A stretch of 64,000 bases of DNA from a virus (lineage: Duplodnaviria; Caudoviricetes): IMG/VR virus record IMGVR_UViG_3300034062_005355; one strand, written 5' to 3'. Positions within the stretch are counted from its first letter, which is position 1. Each line of letters starts with the position of its first letter. Made by a program: the position numbers and the translations under genes. Shown here one piece after another: positions 7,951 through 14,933 of this stretch. Under the pieces are notes generated by a model. The model saw only the letters and a list, made by a program, of their open reading frames with translations. It made no database searches and was not told the origin of the DNA.

Positions 7951-7980
7951 TTGACAAATACGAAACTTTTCGTATTATTG
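7951..7980 (+). promoter_or_regulatory. promoter with an internal 9-bp palindrome (possible operator)
   Basis: TTGACA (7951) followed by AATACGAAA-CT-TTTCGTATT (7957-7976), upstream of leader peptide 2. Confidence 0.45.
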
Positions 7981-7996
7981 TAATAATTATAAAACA

Positions 7997-8080
7997 ATGA
8001 GAACATCAATTAAACATATGTCGTCGATTATTAAGCAACAAGAGGTATTCTGTAGCTGGTATCGTCATATGCAAAATTGA
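7997..8080 (+). CDS. putative leader peptide 2 (27 aa, MRTSIKHMSSIIKQQEVFCSWYRHMQN)
   Basis: Its stop codon overlaps AGTTCGG, complementary to CCGAACT in the downstream terminator. Confidence 0.5.
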   Translation: MRTSIKHMSSIIKQQEVFCSWYRHMQN

Positions 8081-8131
8081 GTTCGGATATTAGGTAGTAC
8101 GTTAATAACAAGTTAGAAATAACAAGATATT

Positions 8132-8175
8132 AAAACCCCGAACTTTGAAAAAAAAGTTTGGGGTTTTTTGTTTTT
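8132..8175 (+). terminator. intrinsic terminator with alternative antiterminator pairing
   Basis: AAACCCCGAACTTT / AAAGTTTGGGGTTT hairpin plus U tract; similar in sequence to the 4601 hairpin. Confidence 0.75.
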
Positions 8176-8243
8176 ATCAAACTTTCGTATTACCTTTGTA
8201 TTCACAAACAAGAAGAAAGTTCTTTGACATCTTGGAAAAAAAT

Positions 8244-8317
8244 AGTCCTTTAGCTCAGTTGGTTAGAGCATCTGGTTTACATCCAGAGGGTCGTAGGTTC
8301 GAGTCCTACAGGGACTA
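8244..8317 (+). tRNA. tRNA-Val(TAC)
   Basis: TCTGG-TTTACAT-CCAGA within a cloverleaf. Confidence 0.92.
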
Positions 8318-8324
8318 CACAATT

Positions 8325-8396
8325 GGCCCTTTCATCTATCGGTTAGGATATTAGGTTTTCATCCTAAAAAGACGGGTTCGACTCCCGTAGGGGCTA
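8325..8396 (+). tRNA. tRNA-Glu(TTC)
   Basis: TTAGG-TTTTCAT-CCTAA; Glu-type D arm. Confidence 0.88.
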
Positions 8397-8402
8397 CCGT
8401 AA

Positions 8403-8692
8403 AGTCGGGGAGTAGGTTTTTATGTTGGTTGGTACCTACTCCCCCAGACAAAAAGAAATTGATAATGGTTTTCTCCATTCAACGGATGTCGACAATCCAG
8501 AATGGAATCAGAATTCATCACCCTTTGCTGAGGCCTCATTAAAACTCAGGAAGCAATTAAGATTGGGACGAGACGGGTATCCCAACATTATCAACAATAT
8601 TGTGTTGTTCCTGTGAGATAGGAATGAAATAGTCGGACGTATTTTAAATGTAATACTGTTTGCACAACACAGAGGACTTCTCAACCTCAAAT
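8403..8692 (+). ncRNA. candidate multi-stem ncRNA(s)
   Basis: 11-bp GGGGAGTAGGT/ACCTACTCCCC; TTGATAATG/CATTATCAA enclosing three hairpins; TGTGTTGT/ACAACACA domain. Confidence 0.5.
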
Positions 8693-8694
8693 TT

Positions 8695-8767
8695 GGTGTG
8701 ATAGCTCAGTAGGTAGAGCAGTAGACTGAAAATCTACGTGCCGGTGGTTCGATCCCACCTCTCACCA
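8695..8767 (+). tRNA. tRNA-Phe(GAA)
   Basis: GTAGA-CTGAAAA-TCTAC within a cloverleaf. Confidence 0.93.
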
Positions 8768-8843
8768 CGGAGTCCCGAAATAACGGGAAACCCCCACTCC
8801 CACATGGCAGCCAGTCCGTTAACCTGGTGAAGTGGGGTAAAAT

Positions 8844-8974
8844 GGTCAGGTGGCGGAATTGGTAGACGCTATGTGGTAAAGCTAACCACAAACAAAGCTG
8901 TGACGGACTCAAAAGTACAATGAGTTGAAATAGAAGATTACGCACGGTTATAGGTTCGAATCCTGTCCTGATTA
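8844..8974 (+). ncRNA. tRNA-Leu-like repeat element, copy 1 (131 nt)
   Basis: GGTCAGG-TG-GCGGAATTGGTAGACGC...ATAGGTTCGAATCCTGT-CCTGATT-A with a long structured insert. Confidence 0.8.
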
Positions 8975-8983
8975 CAAAAAAGA

Positions 8984-9015
8984 TTTGGTGAATTAAAATA
9001 TTAAACATATCTTTG
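8984..9015 (+). promoter_or_regulatory. repeated promoter cassette (TTTG-20 nt-TATCTTTG)
   Basis: Near-identical ~45-nt copies at 8978-9021, 9599-9642 and 12387-12430. Confidence 0.75.
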
Positions 9016-9034
9016 TATTGTTAAAAAAATAGTC

Positions 9035-9343
9035 ATGGAAGATAAAAAATCATTAAATAAAATCAAAAGAGAAACGCAATTGTTTTGGCTTGGTGAAAAT
9101 CGCCTTATCAAATGGTCGGATATTAAGCATTTACAATTAGAAGATGATGATGTAATCAGGTCATCATGGGAAGAGGACGATGATGACGGACGCGGGCTCT
9201 ATGTCGGAGAAATCACTAGAATGGTTGAAGAAACTGATGAACAATATCAAAAACGTCTATCTAATAATGAACTACATAATAAATGGGAAAAAGAAAGACG
9301 TTACGAAAGTTATTTAAAACTTAAAAAAGAGTTTGAAGAATAA
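9035..9343 (+). CDS. hypothetical protein within the repeat array
   Basis: ATG ORF after the promoter cassette; ends 6 nt before copy 2. Confidence 0.75.
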   Translation: MEDKKSLNKIKRETQLFWLGENRLIKWSDIKHLQLEDDDVIRSSWEEDDDDGRGLYVGEITRMVEETDEQYQKRLSNNELHNKWEKERRYESYLKLKKEFEE

Positions 9344-9348
9344 AATAT

Positions 9349-9439
9349 AGTCAGGTGGCGAAATTGGTAGACGCAGTCCTCGGGATAATGTCAAGAGGGT
9401 CGCGCCCTCAATTTACAGGTTCGAATCCTGTCCTGGCTA
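9349..9439 (+). ncRNA. tRNA-Leu-like repeat element, copy 2 (91 nt)
   Basis: AGTCAGG/CCTGGCT; D and T arms present; GAGGG-TCGCG-CCCTC hairpin; no canonical anticodon arm. Confidence 0.8.
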
Positions 9440-9504
9440 CAAAGGCAGATTGTTACTAATTCATAGCACCTGAAGAAAGTGGGAATGTCATAGAATTAGA
9501 ATTT

Positions 9505-9594
9505 AGTCAGGTTGCGGAATGTTAATAATTAACTTAGTGCAAGAATTAAGCTAACTAATAGTGGCGAGGAACCACAACTAAGTTAATTATTAAC
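9505..9594 (+). repeat. truncated copy (5' arm only) followed by an 18-bp perfect inverted repeat
   Basis: AGTCAGGTTGCGGAAT, then GTTAATAATTAACTTAGT (9521-9538) / ACTAAGTTAATTATTAAC (9577-9594). Confidence 0.75.
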
Positions 9595-9651
9595 CATAAA
9601 AAAAATTTGGCGGATTAAAATATTATACATATCTTTGTATTGTTATAAAAT

Positions 9652-9737
9652 AGTCAGGTGGCGCAAATGGATGACGGTCAAATAGGAGATAATATCAATA
9701 GGATGAAAGTATACAGGTTCGAATCCTGTCCTGACTA
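9652..9737 (+). ncRNA. tRNA-Leu-like repeat element, copy 3 (86 nt)
   Basis: Conserved ends; identical to copy 5 except for the first base. Confidence 0.8.
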
Positions 9738-9752
9738 CTAAAATTAAATGTT

Positions 9753-9917
9753 ATGGAAACGATTAATATTACAACAGAAGAACTAAAAAAATTAGTTGAA
9801 ACAGCAATTCAATTTGGGATCGATAGTCCTGAATTAGTCCCAAACCAAAAAGGAAGAGAAAAAATTGCAAATTGGATGGTAGATAACACCATTAAAGATA
9901 TAAAAGGACAAAGGTAA
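9753..9917 (+). CDS. hypothetical protein (54 aa) between repeat copies
   Basis: METINITTEELKKLVETAIQFGIDSPELVP..., translated by hand. Confidence 0.6.
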   Translation: METINITTEELKKLVETAIQFGIDSPELVPNQKGREKIANWMVDNTIKDIKGQR

Positions 9918-9923
9918 TAAAAT

Positions 9924-10032
9924 AGTCAGGTGGCGGAATTGGTCACCAAAGTAAGCCGTCTCCAAGCTTTGTGTAAAAGAGATGAATGCCTAATTTGAAA
10001 ACTACTTACAGGTTCGAATCCTGTCCTGACTA
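9924..10032 (+). ncRNA. tRNA-Leu-like repeat element, copy 4 (109 nt)
   Basis: AGTCAGGTGGCGGAATTGGT...ACAGGTTCGAATCCTGTCCTGACTA. Confidence 0.8.
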
Positions 10033-10184
10033 CAAAAATATGAAATTGAAAGGATAAATTACGTAATAGTCCAATCAATCAAGGGTTAACATCTCAAATG
10101 GTATGGATTTAGCGGTCCAAAGAGTATGGCAGGGGTTAACCATCAAAAACTTGGGAACGACCGATATGCCTTCATATTTCTTAT

Positions 10185-10270
10185 GGTCAGGTGGCGCAAA
10201 TGGATGACGGTCAAATAGGAGATAATATCAATAGGATGAAAGTATACAGGTTCGAATCCTGTCCTGACTA
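10185..10270 (+). ncRNA. tRNA-Leu-like repeat element, copy 5 (86 nt)
   Basis: Near-exact duplicate of 9652-9737. Confidence 0.8.
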
Positions 10271-10297
10271 CAAAATTAATAATTTAAATAAACAAAT

Positions 10298-10636
10298 ATG
10301 TTACCAAATTATCATACAAAATTAAATTTTGACGATGTCATAATCGTATCAACTAAAGAATTTCCGGGGATATTTTTTCCGGCTAAGATTGAACAAATCG
10401 TTGAATGTAATTTTATGGATAAAAATTCCATTAAAGTGGGTCGACCTGTTGGTGTTTACTATCAATATAATCTTAGAACCGTTGATTACGAAGATAACCC
10501 ATTTATTAATTTTCCTAATGTAGACACTAATTTCCTTACTTGGGACGAACTAAATAGTTTTGACACTTTGGATAGGTGGGTTGAAAATATGGGTTATTTT
10601 ATGAAAGGTGTGATTAAAATAGAAAAGATTGGATAG
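10298..10636 (+). CDS. hypothetical protein within the repeat array
   Basis: ATG ORF with an A-rich upstream region. Confidence 0.7.
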   Translation: MLPNYHTKLNFDDVIIVSTKEFPGIFFPAKIEQIVECNFMDKNSIKVGRPVGVYYQYNLRTVDYEDNPFINFPNVDTNFLTWDELNSFDTLDRWVENMGYFMKGVIKIEKIG

Positions 10637-10685
10637 AATGAAGTTGGATATTTAGAAAATATATTCTCAAAAATCAAATAAAAAT

Positions 10686-10798
10686 AGTCGGGTGGCGGAA
10701 TTGGTTAGACGCTAAGTGTGGGTTCGTAACCCTTGACCGTCTGGTAACAGATACACAGAGTAACACTCGTACAGGTTCGAATCCTGTCCTGACTACCA
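10686..10798 (+). ncRNA. tRNA-Leu-like repeat element, copy 6 (ends in ACCA)
   Basis: AGTCGGG/CCTGACT; branched insert with GGGTT/AACCC, TCTG/CAGA and GAGT/ACTC hairpins. Confidence 0.8.
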
Positions 10799-10987
10799 AG
10801 TTAACCACACTAAGACTAGAAACGTGGTGACGGATCGGAAAGACGACAAAACTACCACGATGCTTCCCGTAAGATCAGCACTATTTTCAGTGGTGATTTC
10901 TCCACGTAAACGAATAGCCCAAGGCATAAGTTATGGTGGATTACCAAACCTATCCTTAATGGACGCATTAAGTGAAGTTTGGGACAT

Positions 10988-11092
10988 AGTCAGGTGGCGG
11001 AATTGGTTAGACGCTAAACCATTAGAGATAAAATGTAGATTCTCAGTAAGGTAATATACTACATTATACAGGTTCGATTCCTGTCCTGACTA
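10988..11092 (+). ncRNA. tRNA-Leu-like repeat element, copy 7 (105 nt)
   Basis: Conserved ends; unique insert. Confidence 0.8.
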
Positions 11093-11109
11093 CAAAATAA
11101 ATAAAAATT

Positions 11110-11367
11110 ATGGAAAGATTAGTGCTTGATTATACTCATTGTTCTGAACCAGAATGTTGGGAACATAATATTCCTTTTGAATATGAATCAAAAGAGAAAT
11201 TTATATTTGATGTGATTGAATATCCAATGTTACTTAATTCTCTAATTGAATGTGTATATGAATGGATGTTGGATCCGGCTTATGAACATAAGATAGAGTT
11301 ATTAGAAAATATTGATCAATATATTTTTACATTAGATGAATGGTTTGAAAAAAATAAAAAAATATGA
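11110..11367 (+). CDS. hypothetical protein within the repeat array
   Basis: ATG ORF after copy 7. Confidence 0.7.
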   Translation: MERLVLDYTHCSEPECWEHNIPFEYESKEKFIFDVIEYPMLLNSLIECVYEWMLDPAYEHKIELLENIDQYIFTLDEWFEKNKKI

Positions 11368-11594
11368 AAGAAATACTTGAAAATAAAGATGTTGGTGATT
11401 ACGTACATGTTGATGGTTATACATCAATGGCACAACAAAACTTCCGTAAAACATCTATAATTGGAGTTGATTATAAATTTGATCCTGATACAGGTGATAA
11501 ATTTAAAATTCTTCAGATTGATAATGGTGAATGGTTTGATAGCCGGAATGGTGGTTGTTACTCAAATGAAAACTCAATGTATTATATTGAATAG
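11364..11594 (+). CDS. hypothetical protein within the repeat array
   Basis: ATGA overlap; ends 6 nt before copy 8. Confidence 0.7.
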   Translation: MKEILENKDVGDYVHVDGYTSMAQQNFRKTSIIGVDYKFDPDTGDKFKILQIDNGEWFDSRNGGCYSNENSMYYIE

Positions 11595-11600
11595 TTATTT

Positions 11601-11742
11601 AGTCAGGTGGCGGAATATAGACGCAGAAGTTAGAAGAGAGGGATTATCAATGTTGGTTAGTGGATTAATTACCTTGTCTAATGGATTAAATAACACACAC
11701 CAACTATTATGTGTTATACAGGGTTGTATCCTGTCCTGACTA
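11601..11742 (+). ncRNA. tRNA-Leu-like repeat element, copy 8 (142 nt, degenerate T loop)
   Basis: ACAGG-GTTGTAT-CCTGT-CCTGACT-A. Confidence 0.7.
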
Positions 11743-11800
11743 CACTAATTAAGCTAGTTTATGAACAGCCTTTGAGGTGAGATGCTCTCATTAGAATGGA

Positions 11801-11870
11801 AGTCAGGTAACTTAACTGGTAAAGGGGGTTGCGATAGTTTCCGTTACAGGTTCGAATCCTGTCCTGACTA
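11801..11870 (+). ncRNA. tRNA-Leu-like repeat element, copy 9 (70 nt, shortest)
   Basis: Conserved acceptor stem and T arm; altered D arm. Confidence 0.75.
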
Positions 11871-12000
11871 CAAAATTAACTGAGGAACCGAATAAGAAAG
11901 TAGGTAATAAGGTGTGGGATAGTTACGAATAACCACGATGGAAATTGGGATTATAACTCAAGCGTAAATAGGTTATAATTAGTAAGTTAATTTTTTAAAT

Positions 12001-12104
12001 AGTCAGGTGAGCGGAATGGCTATCGCACTGCAAAAACAGTTCTTATTTCGACATAAGATAACCAAGTGAAAGGCACTATACAGGTTCGAATCCTGTCCTG
12101 ACTG
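12001..12104 (+). ncRNA. tRNA-Leu-like repeat element, copy 10 (104 nt, G73)
   Basis: Insert of three hairpins: ACTG/CAGT, TCTTAT/ATAAGA and GTG/CAC. Confidence 0.8.
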
Positions 12105-12165
12105 CAAAATTTTTTTTGTTATTTAATATATTTTTTGTATTTTTGTATCCTAATCAAAAGACAAT

Positions 12166-12387
12166 ATGAAAAGAAAGACTATAAATGTGGATTTAGTGAA
12201 AGAAAAGGTTAATAAGTTATTATCTAATCCAAACATTATAATGGAGGAGAAATTGGGTGTAATAACAATGATTGAGTATGTATTACATGAAACCAACAAT
12301 TATAATGGTTTTATGTATTTAACACTTAATAATGGTGAGGCTCCAAAACTTGGTACTGATGAATGGGTAAGTAGGAAATATTTTTAA
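12166..12387 (+). CDS. hypothetical protein within the repeat array
   Basis: ATG ORF after a TAnnTTTG-like site. Confidence 0.7.
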   Translation: MKRKTINVDLVKEKVNKLLSNPNIIMEEKLGVITMIEYVLHETNNYNGFMYLTLNNGEAPKLGTDEWVSRKYF

Positions 12388-12445
12388 AAAAGATTTGGTG
12401 GATTAAAATATTATACATATCTTTGTATTCCAATAATAAAAAAAG

Positions 12446-12793
12446 ATGGAAAAATTAAGTAAAAAATATAAGACCTATTCTATAACAATGTACCGTAGAG
12501 GTATGGAGTTGGAAGTGATATGTGTAACCACAAGTAAGAAAAAATTTGCCGCGTTATGTGATATGCCCATCTCGAATGTTAATAACCATGGTTACTCATA
12601 TGATTTACGTTATCCAATCTGTAATGAAAATCCAGATAAGTTATACGCAAAACCAGGAATGGGTGGTGAAATAATGTATATCACAGAAAGAGGTGTGATA
12701 AAACCGTTGGAGGACTACATTAAGTTAATTGTCGAACATAGGGAAAAATATAAATCGTATAAAGATTATTTAGAAAAAACAAATCAAAGATAA
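12446..12793 (+). CDS. hypothetical protein within the repeat array
   Basis: ATG ORF after the repeated promoter cassette; ends just before copy 11. Confidence 0.75.
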   Translation: MEKLSKKYKTYSITMYRRGMELEVICVTTSKKKFAALCDMPISNVNNHGYSYDLRYPICNENPDKLYAKPGMGGEIMYITERGVIKPLEDYIKLIVEHREKYKSYKDYLEKTNQR

Positions 12794-12800
12794 AACAAAT

Positions 12801-12890
12801 AGTCAGGTGGTTTAAAGTTGGTTCGACTCCAAGATAGGATATGGTATCGTTGCGATTGGAAATTTACAGGTTCGAATCCTGTCCTGACTA
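12801..12890 (+). ncRNA. tRNA-Leu-like repeat element, copy 11 (90 nt)
   Basis: Conserved ends; insert contains a second T-arm-like hairpin TTGG-TTCGACT-CCAA. Confidence 0.75.
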
Positions 12891-13020
12891 CTGACACGCA
12901 CGGCAGCCGAAATGTAAAAGCGCTCAATGATTAGGCAATGCGAACGAACACACGGTCTACCTCACAGTGCGTAGGTAAGCTTCAAGGATCGTTGACAGCT
13001 CGGAATAGACGAGCAAATTT

Positions 13021-13162
13021 AGTCAGGTGGCGGAATTGGTTAGACTCGCTAATATAGGTATCGAAAGATAGACGATTCTACTCCGCAGGGTCATATTAGT
13101 CTATCCTAAAGTGATATGAGTAGACGCAATAGGAGTTACAGGTTCGAATCCTGTCCTGACTA
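13021..13162 (+). ncRNA. tRNA-Leu-like repeat element, copy 12 (142 nt)
   Basis: Conserved ends; insert closed by CTAATAT/ATATTAG with a TATC-GAAA-GATA hairpin. Confidence 0.8.
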
Positions 13163-13251
13163 CAAAAGTGTTGAGTTCAAATCCCAGTAGGGAAGTTTAT
13201 AAAGTATCTAAATAATAATTTAATTTAAAAACAAAAAAATAACTTACGAAG

Positions 13252-13500
13252 ATGAAAAGTTCAAGTAGTATCATTAATAGACAAAAAGAAATAGATAAGT
13301 TAAGAACAGAGTTGGAAACAATTTTAGCTAAAACTAAACACTTATCTAAAGGTGAAATAGGAACAAAAGGATATAATAAGGTTATAGACGAATTGAAAAA
13401 TAAAATATTAGAACTTGAACAGAGAACTAAATTAGATAGGATTAAAATTGGTGAAGGTGTGGATGATTTAAGTGATAATAGATTTAAAAGATATAAATGA
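13252..13500 (+). CDS. coiled-coil hypothetical protein
   Basis: ATG ORF. Confidence 0.65.
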   Translation: MKSSSSIINRQKEIDKLRTELETILAKTKHLSKGEIGTKGYNKVIDELKNKILELEQRTKLDRIKIGEGVDDLSDNRFKRYK

Positions 13501-13573
13501 TATTACTTCTACCGTTTTGCAGCTACCAGAAGGGCGGGATTTAGAACGATAAACTTTAAATAAAAATAAAATT

Positions 13574-13756
13574 ATGGAAAATAAATGTTATCAAGCAACT
13601 AATGAAGATTTACGTGAATCAGATTTAGAACATTACGAAAAATTATCAACAGAATGTCATCATTGGTCGAGTGGTATTCCAAGAGCAATAAACTTTTACT
13701 ATGATTATAAGAGTATGAGTATATGGGAAAAGATAAAATTAGCATTTAAGAAATAG
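13574..13756 (+). CDS. hypothetical protein; stop codon overlaps copy 13
   Basis: TAG at 13754-13756 shares its AG with AGTCAGG. Confidence 0.65.
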   Translation: MENKCYQATNEDLRESDLEHYEKLSTECHHWSSGIPRAINFYYDYKSMSIWEKIKLAFKK

Positions 13757-13868
13757 TCAGGTGGCAGAATGGTAGATGCATGATGATAAAGTAGGGTTCG
13801 GATGTACTCGGAGGAAATTGATTCAGTTAGGTGTACAACTAATACAGGTTCGAATCCTGTCCTGATTA
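13755..13868 (+). ncRNA. tRNA-Leu-like repeat element, copy 13 (114 nt)
   Basis: AGTCAGGTGGCAGAATGGTAGATGC...ACAGGTTCGAATCCTGTCCTGATTA. Confidence 0.8.
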
Positions 13869-13914
13869 CAAATCTCAGGAGTAATTAATCTGAGACTGAG
13901 TGATTCGAAACACT

Positions 13915-14024
13915 CGATTGATTATGGTGTAATGGCGCACAACACCCCCCGCTGAAGTTCGAGTCTTCAGATTAGGTACGGTAACCAGGGGAGTAAGATT
14001 AAGGTTCGAATCCTTTTTAATCGG
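13915..14024 (+). ncRNA. tRNA-like element on a different (Gln-like) scaffold with an insert in the anticodon loop
   Basis: CGATTGA/TTAATCG acceptor; GTG-TAATGGCG-CAC D arm; ACACCCC/GGGGAGT stem enclosing CTGAAG-TTCGAGT-CTTCAG; terminal AAGG-TTCGAAT-CCTT. Confidence 0.6.
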
Positions 14025-14191
14025 CAATTGGTAGTAAAATGCGTAGGTTGATAAGCGTGGAGAGACGTGACGCAAGGGTACACACTAAGGATAGGTAGTA
14101 ATACCCAACTCTCTAATGGTGTGTGAAGCTGGGCCCAAACTTATGGTCGCTAGGCGGGATTCTTGATAAAGTCAACCACTACCTTTTACAT

Positions 14192-14267
14192 GTTGGCTAT
14201 AGCTCAGTTGGTTTAGAGTGCTTGATTGTGGTTCAAGAGGTCACGGGTTCGACTCCCGTTAGTCACC
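14192..14267 (+). tRNA. tRNA-His(GTG)
   Basis: G-1:C73 pair; CTTGA-TTGTGGT-TCAAG. Confidence 0.9.
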
Positions 14268-14423
14268 CAAATAGGTTGGGATCCCTAGTGGTAGCGGCGT
14301 TAATCATGATAATCAAGCCACAAGTATCTAGTAAGAAGTGACAGATGGGTTCGTCACGACCTAAAAATATTTTTTTGTTAATATGGTATTTTTATGTATA
14401 TTTGTATTCCAAACAATAAACAT

Positions 14424-14819
14424 ATGATCAGACTAAATACAAATTTAAATAATTTAAATCACAGAGAAATTAGAAGAATTGTTGATAAAACAATAAGATA
14501 TAGTGTATTTAAATTTGGAATTAACAAAAGAAAAGGATGTTGTACTGTTGTAGTTAAGAATCAAAGTAAAAACGCCGAAATTCAAAATTTTGGTGAGTAT
14601 AATCCTGATACTAATACTATTTATATCTTTAAAAACAATTGTAAGAATGTTAAAGATGTAATTGAAACAACATTACATGAATATGCCCACACATTACAAC
14701 CAATTGTAAGTAGGTATTATAAAATGTTAAAAACACATGGATATGAAAAGCATCCAATGGAAATCGAAGCAAGAAAACATGAAAAATATTGTAAAGAAGC
14801 TTGGATTTTAATAAAATAA
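14424..14819 (+). CDS. zinc metallopeptidase-like protein (HExxH)
   Basis: TLHEYAHTLQ and HPMEIEAR motifs. Start reassigned to the ATG after the promoter at 14397. Confidence 0.75.
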   Translation: MIRLNTNLNNLNHREIRRIVDKTIRYSVFKFGINKRKGCCTVVVKNQSKNAEIQNFGEYNPDTNTIYIFKNNCKNVKDVIETTLHEYAHTLQPIVSRYYKMLKTHGYEKHPMEIEARKHEKYCKEAWILIK

Positions 14820-14843
14820 TTATTAGGTTTGTACCTATTAAAT

Positions 14844-14933
14844 GGAGAGGTGGCAGAGCGGTCGAACGCGGCGGTCTTGAAAACCGTTTTAGGGGAGACT
14901 CTAACGGGGGTTCGAATCCCTCCCTCTCCGCCA
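14844..14933 (+). tRNA. tRNA-Ser(TGA), CCA encoded
   Basis: GGAGAGG/CCTCTCC; long variable arm; G73-CCA. Confidence 0.95.

Noticed and set aside
8844-13868. CRISPR array interpretation of the repeats
   Set aside because: Each unit has two different conserved arms that pair as tRNA stems. Spacing is irregular (70-142-nt units separated by up to hundreds of nt, with ORFs) and there are no cas genes in the window.
8844-13868. Ordinary or intron-containing tRNA-Leu genes
   Set aside because: No copy has a 5-bp/7-nt anticodon arm with U33, the inserts share no group I core, and several inserts are too short to be self-splicing introns.
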